Positions 17,852 to 28,019 of a stretch of 64,000 bases of DNA are shown piece after piece. The stretch spans positions 1,184,001-1,248,000 of the forward strand of contig CAVXWP010000001.1 of NCBI GenBank assembly GCA_963765495.1, read 5' to 3'. The notes beneath the pieces were generated by a model. That model was not told the DNA's origin and searched no databases. It saw only the letters and a list, made by a program, of their open reading frames with translations. The stretch's first letter is position 1; each line of letters opens with the position of its first letter. This DNA is from Blastocatellia bacterium (GTDB lineage Bacteria > Acidobacteriota > Blastocatellia > UBA7656). The translations under genes were made by a program, and so were the position numbers.

Positions 17852-18748
17852 ATGACGATACTTCGCACACCGGAAGAGCGATTTGCCAACCTGCCCGGTT
17901 TCTCCTTCGAACCGCACTATGTCGAAATCGGCGAGACGCGAGTCCATTACGTTGATGAAGGCGCGGGGCAGGTAATTTTGTGTCTGCACGGCGAACCTTC
18001 CTGGTCGTATCTCTATCGCAAGATGATCCCTCTTCTTGCCGCCGGGCATCGTGTCATAGCGATGGATTTTTTAGGATTTGGGCGCTCGGATAAGTTTGCC
18101 GAAACCGAGGCTTATTCGTTCCAGATGCATACGGATACGCTCGTTTCGTTTATCGAAAAGCTCGATCTTTCAGCCATCACAGCCGTAGTGCAGGACTGGG
18201 GAGGTTTGATCGGCCTCAGAGTCGCCGCAAGGATGCCCGAACGATTTGCCCGCCTTGTGATAATGAACACGGGGCTGCCTGCGGGCGATTCTACGTGGAC
18301 CGAAGGGTTTCTCAGATGGCGAGCCTATGCCGCGAGGACTCCCGATCTGCCCGTAGGCCAGATCATCAAACGCAGCGCCGCGCGTCCCGACTCGATTTCC
18401 GATGAGGTGATCGCCGCCTACGATGCGCCTTTCCCCGATGCCTCTTTCAAAGCAGGCGCGCAGGTGTTTCCCTTGCTTGTGCCTGTCGAGCCGGATCAGC
18501 CCGGAGCGCGTGAAATGCGCGAGACCCGTGAAAAGCTTTCCCACTGGGAAAAGCCCGCGCTTGTGATGTTTTCAGACCGCGACCCGGTGACCGCGGGCGG
18601 AGATCGTTTCTTTCGTAAACTTATACCTTCGACCGCGCGCGAGCCCGAAATCACTATTCACGATGCCGGTCATTTTCTTCAGGAAGAAAAAGGCGAAGAG
18701 ATAGCCCGCCACATAATCCAATTTATTGAACGCACGCCGGTTTCCTGA
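17852..18748 (+). CDS. haloalkane dehalogenase (alpha/beta hydrolase)
   Basis: 'LRTPEERF', 'HGEPSWSYLYR', nucleophile elbow 'QDWGG', 'AGHFLQEE'. Confidence 0.88.
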   Translation: MTILRTPEERFANLPGFSFEPHYVEIGETRVHYVDEGAGQVILCLHGEPSWSYLYRKMIPLLAAGHRVIAMDFLGFGRSDKFAETEAYSFQMHTDTLVSFIEKLDLSAITAVVQDWGGLIGLRVAARMPERFARLVIMNTGLPAGDSTWTEGFLRWRAYAARTPDLPVGQIIKRSAARPDSISDEVIAAYDAPFPDASFKAGAQVFPLLVPVEPDQPGAREMRETREKLSHWEKPALVMFSDRDPVTAGGDRFFRKLIPSTAREPEITIHDAGHFLQEEKGEEIARHIIQFIERTPVS

Positions 18749-18766
18749 GATAACCGCGAGCCCTTT

Positions 18767-18798
18767 TGCAAGCCGAATTGCAAGCCGAATTGCAAGCC
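18767..18798. repeat. 12-bp tandem repeat (TGCAAGCCGAAT) x2.7
   Basis: tgcaagccgaat-tgcaagccgaat-tgcaagcc read directly. Confidence 0.85.
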
Positions 18799-18898
18799 AT
18801 GTTGCGCCCACGGCTTGCCCCACTTATAATCCCAATTTACTTTGCCTTCGTCTGAAACAAGCAAAGACGAAGCGACGTAGAAGGATAACATCAGGCTT

Positions 18899-19819
18899 AT
18901 GGGCGAATTTCATCTCAACGGAATACTTCCCCCCCTTACGACCCCCTTCGATGACGAAGGAGGATTGGACCTTGAAGGACTGGCGCGAAATGTCGAGCGA
19001 TTGAACGATACGGGGCTTGCCGGTTATGTGGCTCTCGGATCAAACGGCGAGGCGGTGCACCTTTCACCCGCTGAACGCGCGCAGGTAATCGAAACCATAA
19101 AACGCGCCGCCACCTCTGAGCACAAGATCATCGCCGGGGTGAACGAGTTATCTACAAGGGCCGCCATAGATTCGGCCAAAGAAGCCGCCTCAAACGGCGC
19201 GGACGCCGTGCTTGTGATCACCCCTTATTTCTACAAATCCGCGATGACTCAAGAGCGCCTCGCTCGATTTTTTACGGAAGTGGCGGATCATTCGCCCGTG
19301 CCCGTACTGATTTACAATGTGCCGCAAAATACCGGAGTGGTTCTTGAGCCGGCGACCACCCAATCGCTTGCCGCACATCCCCGCATATCAGGAATAAAAG
19401 ACAGTTCGGGCAATATGGGAGCAATGTCGGAAACGATAGCCCGCGCTCCCTCGGGGTTTGCGGTGCTGTCGGGCAACGGCGGCATACTCTACCCCTCGCT
19501 TTCGATGGGTGCGGCGGGCGCAGTTCTTGCCGTAGCCTGTGTGGTTCCTCGCGCCACGGTCGAATTGTATCAGGCCGTAAGCGAAGGCGATCACACGAGA
19601 GCGCGCGAGCTACAACATCGCATCGCTCCGCTATCGCACATCGTGACCGCCGGTCTCGGTGTCGCAGGTCTTAAGGCGGCCCTTGAGATGGCAGGTTTCG
19701 TGGGCGGGTCGCCTCGCGCGCCGCTTTCGCCTGTGAGCGATTCGGATAGAGAAAAGATAAGAGCCGTTATGCGCGAAAGCAGGCTCTTTCCGGGATTGGC
19801 CATTGGCCATACGCAGTAA
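18899..19819 (+). CDS. dihydrodipicolinate synthase/N-acetylneuraminate lyase family aldolase (HOGA-like)
   Basis: 'GSNGE', 'IYNVP', 'GIKDSSG'; GSNGE rather than GTTGE argues against true DapA. Confidence 0.85.
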   Translation: MGEFHLNGILPPLTTPFDDEGGLDLEGLARNVERLNDTGLAGYVALGSNGEAVHLSPAERAQVIETIKRAATSEHKIIAGVNELSTRAAIDSAKEAASNGADAVLVITPYFYKSAMTQERLARFFTEVADHSPVPVLIYNVPQNTGVVLEPATTQSLAAHPRISGIKDSSGNMGAMSETIARAPSGFAVLSGNGGILYPSLSMGAAGAVLAVACVVPRATVELYQAVSEGDHTRARELQHRIAPLSHIVTAGLGVAGLKAALEMAGFVGGSPRAPLSPVSDSDREKIRAVMRESRLFPGLAIGHTQ

Positions 19820-19976
19820 TCAGTGGTCAGTGGCCGGTGGTCAGTGGTCAGTGATTAAGAACAGAGTTAGGCAAGCTGATTGATCTTTTGCCCATCTGAA
19901 ATCTCAGATGGGCAAAAGAAATACCAATTTTAAGCGCTGGCCACTGATCATTGACCGCTGATCACTGACCGCTGAT
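19820..19976. repeat. inverted heptamer arrays (TCAGTGG)n...(CCACTGA)n around a terminator-like hairpin
   Basis: Internal stem TCTTTTGCCCATCTGA/TCAGATGGGCAAAAGA at ~19884-19919. Confidence 0.85.
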
Positions 19977-19986
19977 TGAGGATTTG

Positions 19987-21690
19987 ATGAACGAACCAGA
20001 TTGTAAAGACCTCGAAGCCGCTGCCGAAAGACTCACCGATGCATTGCGCTTTACCGAGATTCCGCGCACATCAAAACTCTTCAACGACTTTCTTTACGAA
20101 TACGAAAAGGTTTCGCGCTTTTATCTCGATTGCGGGCGGGCGGTCTCGCCTCTGGCCGAGCACGCGCGCAAAGTTGGCGCGCAGGAGTTTGATCGCAAGC
20201 GCGTACCCGAAGCGCTCGAACGGATCAATCGCCGCGCCGGTTCCTCGGACCTGACTTTCAAGCATATCGAGATGCTTCGCCATCCCGGCTCGGTCGCAAT
20301 CGTGACGGGGCAGCAGGCGGGACTATTCACAGGGCCGCTCTACACTATTCACAAGGCGCTCACGGTCATCAAACTGGCCGCCTGCCTGCGCGAGGAGGGA
20401 GTAGAGGCCGTCCCGGTTTTCTGGGTCGCAAGCGAAGACCACGACTACGAGGAAGTCAATCACTGCCAGATAGTTGACCGCGACGGCCATCTGAAAAAGA
20501 TTCGCTACGAGGCAGGCGATTACAAAGAAGATATGCCGGTCGGCCACGTCAAGTTATGCGAGGGGATTTCCGAGACGATAGATGAATTTATCGCATTGCT
20601 TCCGCCGTCGGAGTTTGTGACCGAACTTGAGCGCGATTTGCGCGAAAGCTACAGCGCAGGCGCGGGATACGCCGAGGCTTTCGCAAAACTCATGGCCCGG
20701 CTGTTTCGAGATTACGGGGTAGTGCTGCTCGATCCGCAGGACGAAGAGTTGAAGCAGGTGGCAGCGCCGCTTTACGCTCAGGCCATCGAGAAATCCTCGG
20801 AGATTGCCGCCGCGCTCGTCGAGCGAAGTCGCGAGCTTGAAGAGGCCGGTTATCACGCGCAGATACATACATCCGAAGACATGGTTCCGCTCTTTATTAT
20901 GGATGACGGAAGGCGCGTTGCGTTGACCGAACACGAGGGGCGCTTTCTGGTCAAGGGGAGCGAGAGGTCATTCGACAGAGCAGAGCTTGCCGAGCTTTCC
21001 CGTCGCTGCCCCAACTGTTTCAGCCCGAACGTGACCTTGCGCCCGGTCGTTCAAGACTGGCTGCTGCCCACGGCCGCTTACATCGGAGGGCCTTCCGAGA
21101 TAGCTTATTTCGCGCAGCTTCGCGCCGTCTATGAAGTGCTTGGCCGACAGGAGCCGTGCGTGCTTCCGCGAGCGAGCTTTACGATAATCGAAGGCCGTCA
21201 TCAAAAGACTTTGAAGAAATATAAACTCACTCTGGCGGATTTCTTCGAGGGGCTCCATCCGGCCATAAGCAAGGTAGTAGAGCAGAGCCTGGACCGTGGC
21301 ACATCGACGGTATTTTCCGAAACCGAGCGCGTATTTGCGGAACAACTCGACAAACTCGATGCATCTTTGCGCCGTGCCGATCCCACGCTTTCGGCTACGG
21401 TCAAGCGCGCCAAAAGCAAGGTGCTTTACCAGATCGAACATCTGCGCACGCGCTTTATCCACGCGAGCGCCCGGCGCGAAGAGACCGCCTATCGCCAGGT
21501 CGAGCGCGCCTATTCGACACTGTTTCCTGAGAAGAATCTTCAGGAGCGTGAGTTGAATATTTATTATTTCCTGTCGCGCTACGGCCCAAGCCTTATGGAA
21601 GATCTTTATCGCGCAGCCGACATTGGCTATTCCAATCATCGTCTGGTATATATCGGCGGCGTGGCCTCGCAGGTTCTCAATGCGAGGTGA
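19987..21690 (+). CDS. bshC: bacillithiol biosynthesis cysteine-adding enzyme
   Basis: 'VTGQQAGLFTGPLYTIHKA', 'VPVFWVASEDHD', 'FSPNVTLRP', 'GGPSEIAYFAQ', 'LQERELN'. Confidence 0.92.
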   Translation: MNEPDCKDLEAAAERLTDALRFTEIPRTSKLFNDFLYEYEKVSRFYLDCGRAVSPLAEHARKVGAQEFDRKRVPEALERINRRAGSSDLTFKHIEMLRHPGSVAIVTGQQAGLFTGPLYTIHKALTVIKLAACLREEGVEAVPVFWVASEDHDYEEVNHCQIVDRDGHLKKIRYEAGDYKEDMPVGHVKLCEGISETIDEFIALLPPSEFVTELERDLRESYSAGAGYAEAFAKLMARLFRDYGVVLLDPQDEELKQVAAPLYAQAIEKSSEIAAALVERSRELEEAGYHAQIHTSEDMVPLFIMDDGRRVALTEHEGRFLVKGSERSFDRAELAELSRRCPNCFSPNVTLRPVVQDWLLPTAAYIGGPSEIAYFAQLRAVYEVLGRQEPCVLPRASFTIIEGRHQKTLKKYKLTLADFFEGLHPAISKVVEQSLDRGTSTVFSETERVFAEQLDKLDASLRRADPTLSATVKRAKSKVLYQIEHLRTRFIHASARREETAYRQVERAYSTLFPEKNLQERELNIYYFLSRYGPSLMEDLYRAADIGYSNHRLVYIGGVASQVLNAR

Positions 21691-21736
21691 GCCTTTAGGA
21701 ATTGATGAAGTTCCATTTGAGCATGAGGTAAATGGG

Positions 21737-21782
21737 AATAGGGGGCGGATGACACGGATCGAGGCGGATTTTCGCGGATCGG
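21737..21782. repeat. 9-mer-period CGGAT/ATCCG element (paralogs at 38311-38370 and 45225-45268)
   Basis: Reverse complement aligns with GATCCGCGTAAATCCGCCTCGATCCGCGTAATCCG at 45225. Confidence 0.75.
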
Positions 21783-21837
21783 CTCATAAGCCGTCAGAGC
21801 AGATTAAATCCGTGGCAATTTTAGAAATCATCCTTTT

Positions 21838-23106
21838 ATGAAAATTCTAGTAATCGGCTCCGGGGGCCGCGAACATTCAATAACGTGGAAGCTTTCGAAA
21901 AGCGATACAAGGCCCGATCTCTATTGCGCTCCGGGCAACGCGGGCATCGCAGAGATAGCGACATGTTTTCCGGCCGATGTGAACGACGCGGGGAGCCTTG
22001 CCAATCTCGCTAAGTCAATAAACGCGGACCTGACCGTGATAGGGCCGGAAGCGCCTCTGGTTGCGGGTGTGGCCGAGGCATTCAATTCGATAGGGCTTCG
22101 TCTGGTAGGCCCTTCGACCGAAGCCGCAAGACTCGAAGGCAGTAAGATATTCGCCAAGCAGTTTATGGCCCGCCACCTGATCCCGACCGCGCGATTCACC
22201 GCCTGCCATTCGCCTGAATCTGCGAGAGTCGCCCGCGCTATGGAATACGAGTTTCCCGTAGTGATAAAAGCCGACGGGCTTGCAGCGGGCAAAGGCGTTT
22301 TCATCGCGCCAAATCAGGAAGCGTTCGATCTGGCGATCAGGACTTTGATGGAAGACCGCATCTTTGGCGATGCAGGCTCTCGCATAGTTCTGGAACAGTG
22401 TCTCAGGGGGCGCGAAGCCTCGCTTATGATCTTCACCGACGGGCGCGATTATAAGATCATCCCGCCTGCTCAGGATTACAAGCGGGTGGGTGACAACGAC
22501 GAAGGGTTAAACACGGGAGGGATGGGATCGTTTTCAACGCCCGGATTGATTGATGAAGCGATGCTCACGCGCATCCGTCTCGAAATAATCGAGCCTACGC
22601 TTGCGGGGCTGGCCGAAGAGGGGCATCCGTTTTGCGGCGTGCTCTACACGGGGCTGATGTTTACCGAAGACGGCCCGAGGGTGATCGAATACAATGCGCG
22701 GCTTGGCGACCCGGAGACTCAGGCGGTGCTCGCGAGGCTGGAGAGCGATCTCGTAGACATTTTCAATTCAATCGCCGATGGCCGGGTGGACGAACAACCG
22801 ATTGAGTGGAGCGACGATTCTACGGTTTGCATCGTCGCGGCATCGGGCGGTTATCCGTCCGATTTTGAGAAGGGGAAGCCTATAACGGGTCTCAAAGAAG
22901 CGAAAACTCTGGAAGGCGTAGAGGTGTTTCACGCGGGCACGATGCGCGACGAGCAGGGAAGTTTTCTGACCTCGGCGGGTCGCGTCCTTGGAGTTACGGC
23001 CCGAGCCGCCACGCTTGAAGACGCTCGCGCTCGCGCTTACGAAGCGATCCAGAAAATCAACTTTGAACGAATACATTACCGGAAGGACATAGCGGGAAGA
23101 AAATAG
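21838..23106 (+). CDS. purD: phosphoribosylamine-glycine ligase
   Basis: 'GSGGREH', 'KADGLAAGKGV', 'NTGGMG', 'EYNARLGDPETQ'. Confidence 0.97.
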   Translation: MKILVIGSGGREHSITWKLSKSDTRPDLYCAPGNAGIAEIATCFPADVNDAGSLANLAKSINADLTVIGPEAPLVAGVAEAFNSIGLRLVGPSTEAARLEGSKIFAKQFMARHLIPTARFTACHSPESARVARAMEYEFPVVIKADGLAAGKGVFIAPNQEAFDLAIRTLMEDRIFGDAGSRIVLEQCLRGREASLMIFTDGRDYKIIPPAQDYKRVGDNDEGLNTGGMGSFSTPGLIDEAMLTRIRLEIIEPTLAGLAEEGHPFCGVLYTGLMFTEDGPRVIEYNARLGDPETQAVLARLESDLVDIFNSIADGRVDEQPIEWSDDSTVCIVAASGGYPSDFEKGKPITGLKEAKTLEGVEVFHAGTMRDEQGSFLTSAGRVLGVTARAATLEDARARAYEAIQKINFERIHYRKDIAGRK

Positions 23107-23634
23107 ATGAATCAGACAACAAATCAGGTAGCCATATTGATGGGCAGCGATAGCGACTACGATGTGATGATGGAAGCCGCCAAGATACTTGACCACTTCG
23201 GCATCACCTATGATGTCGAGATAACGAGCGCACACCGCTCGCCCGAGCGCACGCGCCGGTATGTGAAGACGGCTGAGAAGCGCGGTACCCGCGTCTTCAT
23301 CATCGGAGCGGGGATGGCCGCGCATCTTGCGGGCGTGGTCGCAGCGGAGACTACGTTACCGGTCATCGGCGTGCCGCTTGCCGGGTCCGCACTAAACGGG
23401 GTTGACGCGCTTTACTCCACGGTGATGATGCCCGCAGGCATCCCCGTAGCGACGCTTGCGATAGGCAAAGCCGGAGCCACGAACGCCGGGGTGCTTGCGG
23501 CGCAGATACTCGGTGTTTCGGACGAGAAGCTTTCGGAAAAGCTGGCCGAATACAAGCGCACGCTGGCAAAGAAGGTGGAAGAACGTTCCCGACAAGCGAA
23601 AAAAAGAAGGACTGACAGGAGGGATGAGGGATGA
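23107..23634 (+). CDS. purE: N5-carboxyaminoimidazole ribonucleotide mutase
   Basis: 'MGSDSD', 'SAHRSP', 'AAHLAG', 'PVIGVP', 'MPAGIPVAT'. Confidence 0.97.
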   Translation: MNQTTNQVAILMGSDSDYDVMMEAAKILDHFGITYDVEITSAHRSPERTRRYVKTAEKRGTRVFIIGAGMAAHLAGVVAAETTLPVIGVPLAGSALNGVDALYSTVMMPAGIPVATLAIGKAGATNAGVLAAQILGVSDEKLSEKLAEYKRTLAKKVEERSRQAKKRRTDRRDEG

Positions 23635-23753
23635 AATAAGGGATGAGGGATGAATCGGACTCTGGGGAAACATCCCGATTAATGCGGTTGATCAAATCAT
23701 CGAAATCTATCCTGACAGTCCTTTTCATCCCTCATCCCTCATCCCTCATCCCT
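23620..23753. repeat. inverted heptamer arrays (GGGATGA)n...(TCATCCC)n
   Basis: Overlaps the stop codons of both purE and the kinase. Confidence 0.9.
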
Positions 23754-26495
23754 TTCTTTTATGAGGACTACGTCGTTTGTGATGATGCCACGGGTCCAGG
23801 CGAGGCGTTTGCCGTCGCGCGACCAGTTGAATTCGAATATCTGGTCGTTTTTGAAATCGGTCAATTGTTTTGGCGGGCCTCCATCAATACTCTGGCTCCA
23901 GATATTTGACACTCCCGCGCGGTTGTCAATATAGGTCAGGGCGCGCCCGTCGGGCGTCCATCTGACTATGCCCTGTGGCAGGTTGAGTATCTTTAAAGGC
24001 TGCCCGCCTTCGAAGGGAATGATGGCTATGCCGGTTTGTGACCCCTGTTGTTCATTCCAGTAGTTGCAGGCTATAAGCTCTCCGTCCGGCGAAACAGAGG
24101 GCAGCATTGAAAGCTTGTCGAGTAGTTGTTTCGGCTCGCCCCCGTCAATACCGACTTTCCACAATGTAGGTTTACCCGCGCCTACGCTGGCGTAAATCAC
24201 CCATTGCCCGTCAGGCGAACAATCGGGCCACAGATCGCCTGACCCGTTAGTCAATTGTTTCGCGTTGCTGCCATCCAGGTCCGTCCTCCAGATGTTGAAG
24301 GTGTTGACCGTGTTTCCGCGATTCGACGAGAAGACTATATAGCGTCCATCGGCTGTGACGGTCGGGAAGATATTAACGCCGGAATCGGATGTTATCTGTT
24401 TTCGATCCGCTCCATCGGGCCCGACCATCCACACATCGAAAGAGCCACCGGCATTCGATCCGTAAATTATCTTACCATTGGGCGTCCACGAAAGGCTGTT
24501 ATACTTGACCGTGCCGGAGGTGATTTGCTGCGCGCGACTCGCGTCAGCGATGGGGGCGACCCAGAGATTTGCGATCTGATCAAGCTGAACGGCAGCTATG
24601 GTTTTCGAGTCTGCCGTCATGCTGAGGCTGATATAGTTATTCAAATCATTTGTGATTTTGTGAGTCTCGCCGCCGGGATAAGCAAGATGCCATACCTGAT
24701 AAAGTCTCGATGCCGGGTCTACGGCAATCATGGCAAGCCCGCTGCCGTCTGAAAACCATTCGAGTTGCGGGATGTTCAGCCATCTCTGAGATGTAATAGG
24801 AGCCTCTGCGCCGTTGTCGGCGTTCACTGCAACTACATTGATAGTCCGGCCTCCGCCGGCGCTCGTTGTGGCCGAGCAGGCGATTATCTTTCCGTCAGGA
24901 GACCACGCCGGTGCTAAATAAGCATCAGGAAACTTCCGCGTACTGAGCTTGCGCTCCTGGCTGCCGTCTGCGTTTGCTACCATCAGGGACATCTCGCTCT
25001 CGCTCAAGTCGGCCCGCGTAAAGGCAATCTGCTTGCCGCCGGGCGCAAATGTTATAGAGCTGTCTATATCCACTATAACTTTTTTCGACTGGCCTCCAAG
25101 CACGGGCACCTGATAGAGCTCCCTGACAGGGCTCTTCGTTTCGCCTTTAACGTAATAGATATAATTGCCATCGGGCGAAAAAGTCAGACCCGTGTAGGTG
25201 ACATCAGCCGGGGGAACTATCTGCACGTTGCTCGATGTGGCGACCTGGCGCACCCACAAGCTCCGCTGCCCGGCATCGCTTATGACGTGAACCACATACT
25301 TGCCGTCGGGCGAGATGGCCGCATCCGTGGCCTTGCCCGTGCTTGTGAGCTTGCTGATATCCATCTTTTGAAAAGGTGGAGCGTGAGTCGAGCCGACGCT
25401 GCCAATAAGCTTGTAGATGCCGAAACCGATCACGGCGAGGGCCAGAATGGCGGCGGCGGCGATTAAAATCCGGCGATTTTGTATAGGCGCTTGCTCGATG
25501 GATGTGACCCCCGACGCGATGGTGTGCGGAGCAGGGGCGAACGACCTCGTGACCGGCGGCATCGTGTCGTATTCTCTTATCAAGTCGCGCAGGTCAATCG
25601 CCACGTCCTTGATCGACTGGTATCGCTCGTCCGGGGCTTTAGATAAACACTTGCGAATGATTCGCTGAAGTTCGGACGGGGTGTCGGGGCTGAATTCTTC
25701 TATAGGCGGTGCGGGCGAATAGACTATCTTGTGCATCGAATCAATAATGGATTCGCCCGCGAATGGTTTCTGACCCGTCGTCACTTCATAGAGTATGCAG
25801 CCAAACGAGAAGATGTCAGATCGCTGATCGACGACCTTACCCTGCACCTGCTCGGGCGACATGTACCCCAGAGTTCCCATGATCATGCCCGGTTGCGTGT
25901 GCTCCATTATGGCCGTGGCGGCTTCTTCAAGATTATCCGCAGGGACCTGTTTGGGTTCGTTCAACTTTGCCAGTCCAAAATCGAGAATCTTGGCGTACCC
26001 GTCCTGAGTGATCATTATATTTTCGGGCTTGAGATCGCGGTGAATGATTCCCGAAGAATGAGCCTTCGAAAGCCCTTCGGCCACCTGCGCGAGATATTCC
26101 AGCAGTCTCTTTAGATCGGCCTTTTCCAGCCTTGCCTTATCGCGCAGCGTATCGCCGTCGACAAACTCCATCGCGATGTAATGAATTTCGCTAGGGGTCG
26201 ATTCGGATGCGGTTTCGGGTTTGTTCACGGGATCGCCTGCGCCGGTTGTTTGCGCCTGGCCGACTTCATATATCGTTATTATGTGAGGATGATTCAAGGC
26301 CGAAGCCGACCGGGCCTCCTGCACGAACCGCCGCAGCCGGTCTTCGTCTTCTGTCAGGTCGAGAGGCAGTATCTTTAAGGCCACGGGACGGTCCAGTGTG
26401 CTATCGTGTGCTTTATAAACTTCCCCCATCCCGCCCGCGCCAAGCCTCGACAGAATGCGATAATGAGAAATTGTAGTGCCTGTAGCAATGGCCAT
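23739..26495 (-). CDS. Hanks-type Ser/Thr kinase - TM - TolB/PD40 beta-propeller
   Basis: 'LGAGGMGEVY', 'HRDLKPEN', 'DFGLAK', 'GYMSPEQ', one TM helix, many 'SPDG' repeats. Confidence 0.93.
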   Translation of the reverse strand: MAIATGTTISHYRILSRLGAGGMGEVYKAHDSTLDRPVALKILPLDLTEDEDRLRRFVQEARSASALNHPHIITIYEVGQAQTTGAGDPVNKPETASESTPSEIHYIAMEFVDGDTLRDKARLEKADLKRLLEYLAQVAEGLSKAHSSGIIHRDLKPENIMITQDGYAKILDFGLAKLNEPKQVPADNLEEAATAIMEHTQPGMIMGTLGYMSPEQVQGKVVDQRSDIFSFGCILYEVTTGQKPFAGESIIDSMHKIVYSPAPPIEEFSPDTPSELQRIIRKCLSKAPDERYQSIKDVAIDLRDLIREYDTMPPVTRSFAPAPHTIASGVTSIEQAPIQNRRILIAAAAILALAVIGFGIYKLIGSVGSTHAPPFQKMDISKLTSTGKATDAAISPDGKYVVHVISDAGQRSLWVRQVATSSNVQIVPPADVTYTGLTFSPDGNYIYYVKGETKSPVRELYQVPVLGGQSKKVIVDIDSSITFAPGGKQIAFTRADLSESEMSLMVANADGSQERKLSTRKFPDAYLAPAWSPDGKIIACSATTSAGGGRTINVVAVNADNGAEAPITSQRWLNIPQLEWFSDGSGLAMIAVDPASRLYQVWHLAYPGGETHKITNDLNNYISLSMTADSKTIAAVQLDQIANLWVAPIADASRAQQITSGTVKYNSLSWTPNGKIIYGSNAGGSFDVWMVGPDGADRKQITSDSGVNIFPTVTADGRYIVFSSNRGNTVNTFNIWRTDLDGSNAKQLTNGSGDLWPDCSPDGQWVIYASVGAGKPTLWKVGIDGGEPKQLLDKLSMLPSVSPDGELIACNYWNEQQGSQTGIAIIPFEGGQPLKILNLPQGIVRWTPDGRALTYIDNRAGVSNIWSQSIDGGPPKQLTDFKNDQIFEFNWSRDGKRLAWTRGIITNDVVLIKERDEG

Positions 26496-26730
26496 AAACT
26501 TTTGAATGGGCCTTTCGATTTCTATGCGTAGCGAATCACTCAGATTCTAATTTCAATTGTCCGTGGACGCAAACCTGCGCGCGTGCCTGACATCGCTCCT
26601 AAAGCCTTACCGAATTCAAAGGGGAAACAAAGTTCTTGTAGGCCGGGTGCAAGGTCGTTAGAATACAAGCGTTCCAGCGTTAGGACTGAAGGCGATTCAT
26701 AGCAGTAATGTTCAAGCAGGGAGAAGTATT

Positions 26731-27780
26731 ATGAAATTGAAACAAACGGTCATCGCAGTATTAGCCGTTGCGTTCGTGCTGGGCAATATCACGGGATTTA
26801 GAGCGTCGGCCTATGCCGTGCGTCCCCGCCCGGCGCAGACTACGGATACGCTTTTGCGGATGCTGCCGAGCTTTGGCGGTGTCGTCACTATCGATGTCAC
26901 GCAACTCAATCAGGAGATCGAGCAACAGGTAGCCGGAAACGTTGATCTGGCCTCAAAAATTCATACGAAACTCGCGCAGATGGCCGCAAAGACCGGCGTT
27001 GATGCGCAGACGATAGATCAGATCGCAATAAGTTTTTCACTGCCCGGCGGGGCAGGCCAGCCGCATTCGGTCGTCGTAGCCTCGGGCGTTTTCAATCAGG
27101 ATCAAATCCTTGCCCGCTTGCGCGAAAGCTCCGGCAAGAAATGGAAAAAGAAAAATTACAGCGGCGAGAACATCTATATCGCGCCTGCCCGAAAAGGGAA
27201 GAATAAGAAGTCGGAAACCCGCGCCGCTATATCCTTTTTCGATAATCAATCCATAGTGGCGTTTGGGCCTTTCGAAGATGTCAAAAAGGCCGTGGACGCG
27301 CGCTCGGGCGCTGCGCCGAGCGCTGTTCAGGATGCGACTTTGATCGCGGCTCTCAATCAAACAAGCGTCAACGCATCCGTCCGATTTGCCTTCGCCATAC
27401 CCGAAGAGATTCGGCAGTTGCTTGCGAACGCTTCCGGCCCCGGCGCTTTTCTTCGCCCGCTTTCTAAAGTCACCGAGGTTACAGGGTCGGTTGATTTGAA
27501 CGACGCCGGGCTGCTGGCGAGTGTTTCGCTGCTCACCGCGTCATCCGGGGAATCGGCAAGTGTAGTTGCGCTTGTAAATCAGGGTCTCGCGCTTGCCCGA
27601 TTGGCGCTTTCCGGCCACGATGATTTGCTTGAAATCCTCGACGGTGTAAGCGCCGCCGCCGTAGGTAATACGGCTCAGATAACCGTCAGCCTCTCTGCCG
27701 ATTTGATAAACAGGTTGATAGAAGAATACGGCGCGCGCGGATTTCACCTCGGGCGGAAAAAGGCCGCCGCCGCTCAGTAA
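26731..27780 (+). CDS. hypothetical secreted protein
   Basis: 349-aa ORF, GGGAGA upstream, signal peptide ending 'ASAYA'; no family recognised. Confidence 0.75.
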   Translation: MKLKQTVIAVLAVAFVLGNITGFRASAYAVRPRPAQTTDTLLRMLPSFGGVVTIDVTQLNQEIEQQVAGNVDLASKIHTKLAQMAAKTGVDAQTIDQIAISFSLPGGAGQPHSVVVASGVFNQDQILARLRESSGKKWKKKNYSGENIYIAPARKGKNKKSETRAAISFFDNQSIVAFGPFEDVKKAVDARSGAAPSAVQDATLIAALNQTSVNASVRFAFAIPEEIRQLLANASGPGAFLRPLSKVTEVTGSVDLNDAGLLASVSLLTASSGESASVVALVNQGLALARLALSGHDDLLEILDGVSAAAVGNTAQITVSLSADLINRLIEEYGARGFHLGRKKAAAAQ

Positions 27781-27805
27781 GCACCCGGTTTCAATGAACC
27801 TGTTT

Positions 27806-27895
27806 TTTGACAGGATTGACAGGATTCAAAGAGGATTAGACAGGATTTAAAGAGAATCTTGTTGAATCCAATCTAATCCTGTCAATCCTGTCAAA
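27806..27895. repeat. inverted nonamer arrays (GACAGGATT)n...(AATCCTGTC)n
   Basis: Perfect 21-bp inverted repeat 27806-27826 / 27875-27895. Confidence 0.9.
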
Positions 27896-27925
27896 GCTTT
27901 CATCTCTCCCGCAAAAAGGCGAAGC

Positions 27926-27954
27926 TTGACACCACTATGAGCGGGCTATATTCT
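27926..27954 (+). promoter_or_regulatory. sigma70-type promoter of glnA
   Basis: TTGACA(27926-31)-17 nt-TATTCT(27949-54); AGGAGG RBS before ATG 28020. Confidence 0.6.
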
Positions 27955-28019
27955 CGATAGTCAAATGTTGCACTCTTCCATTTACTATTGAACGTATAAA
28001 ACAGGAGGGACACATCCGA

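Noticed and set aside
18899-19819. Calling this gene dapA
   Set aside because: GSNGE motif and lack of lysine-pathway context point to another aldolase of the family.
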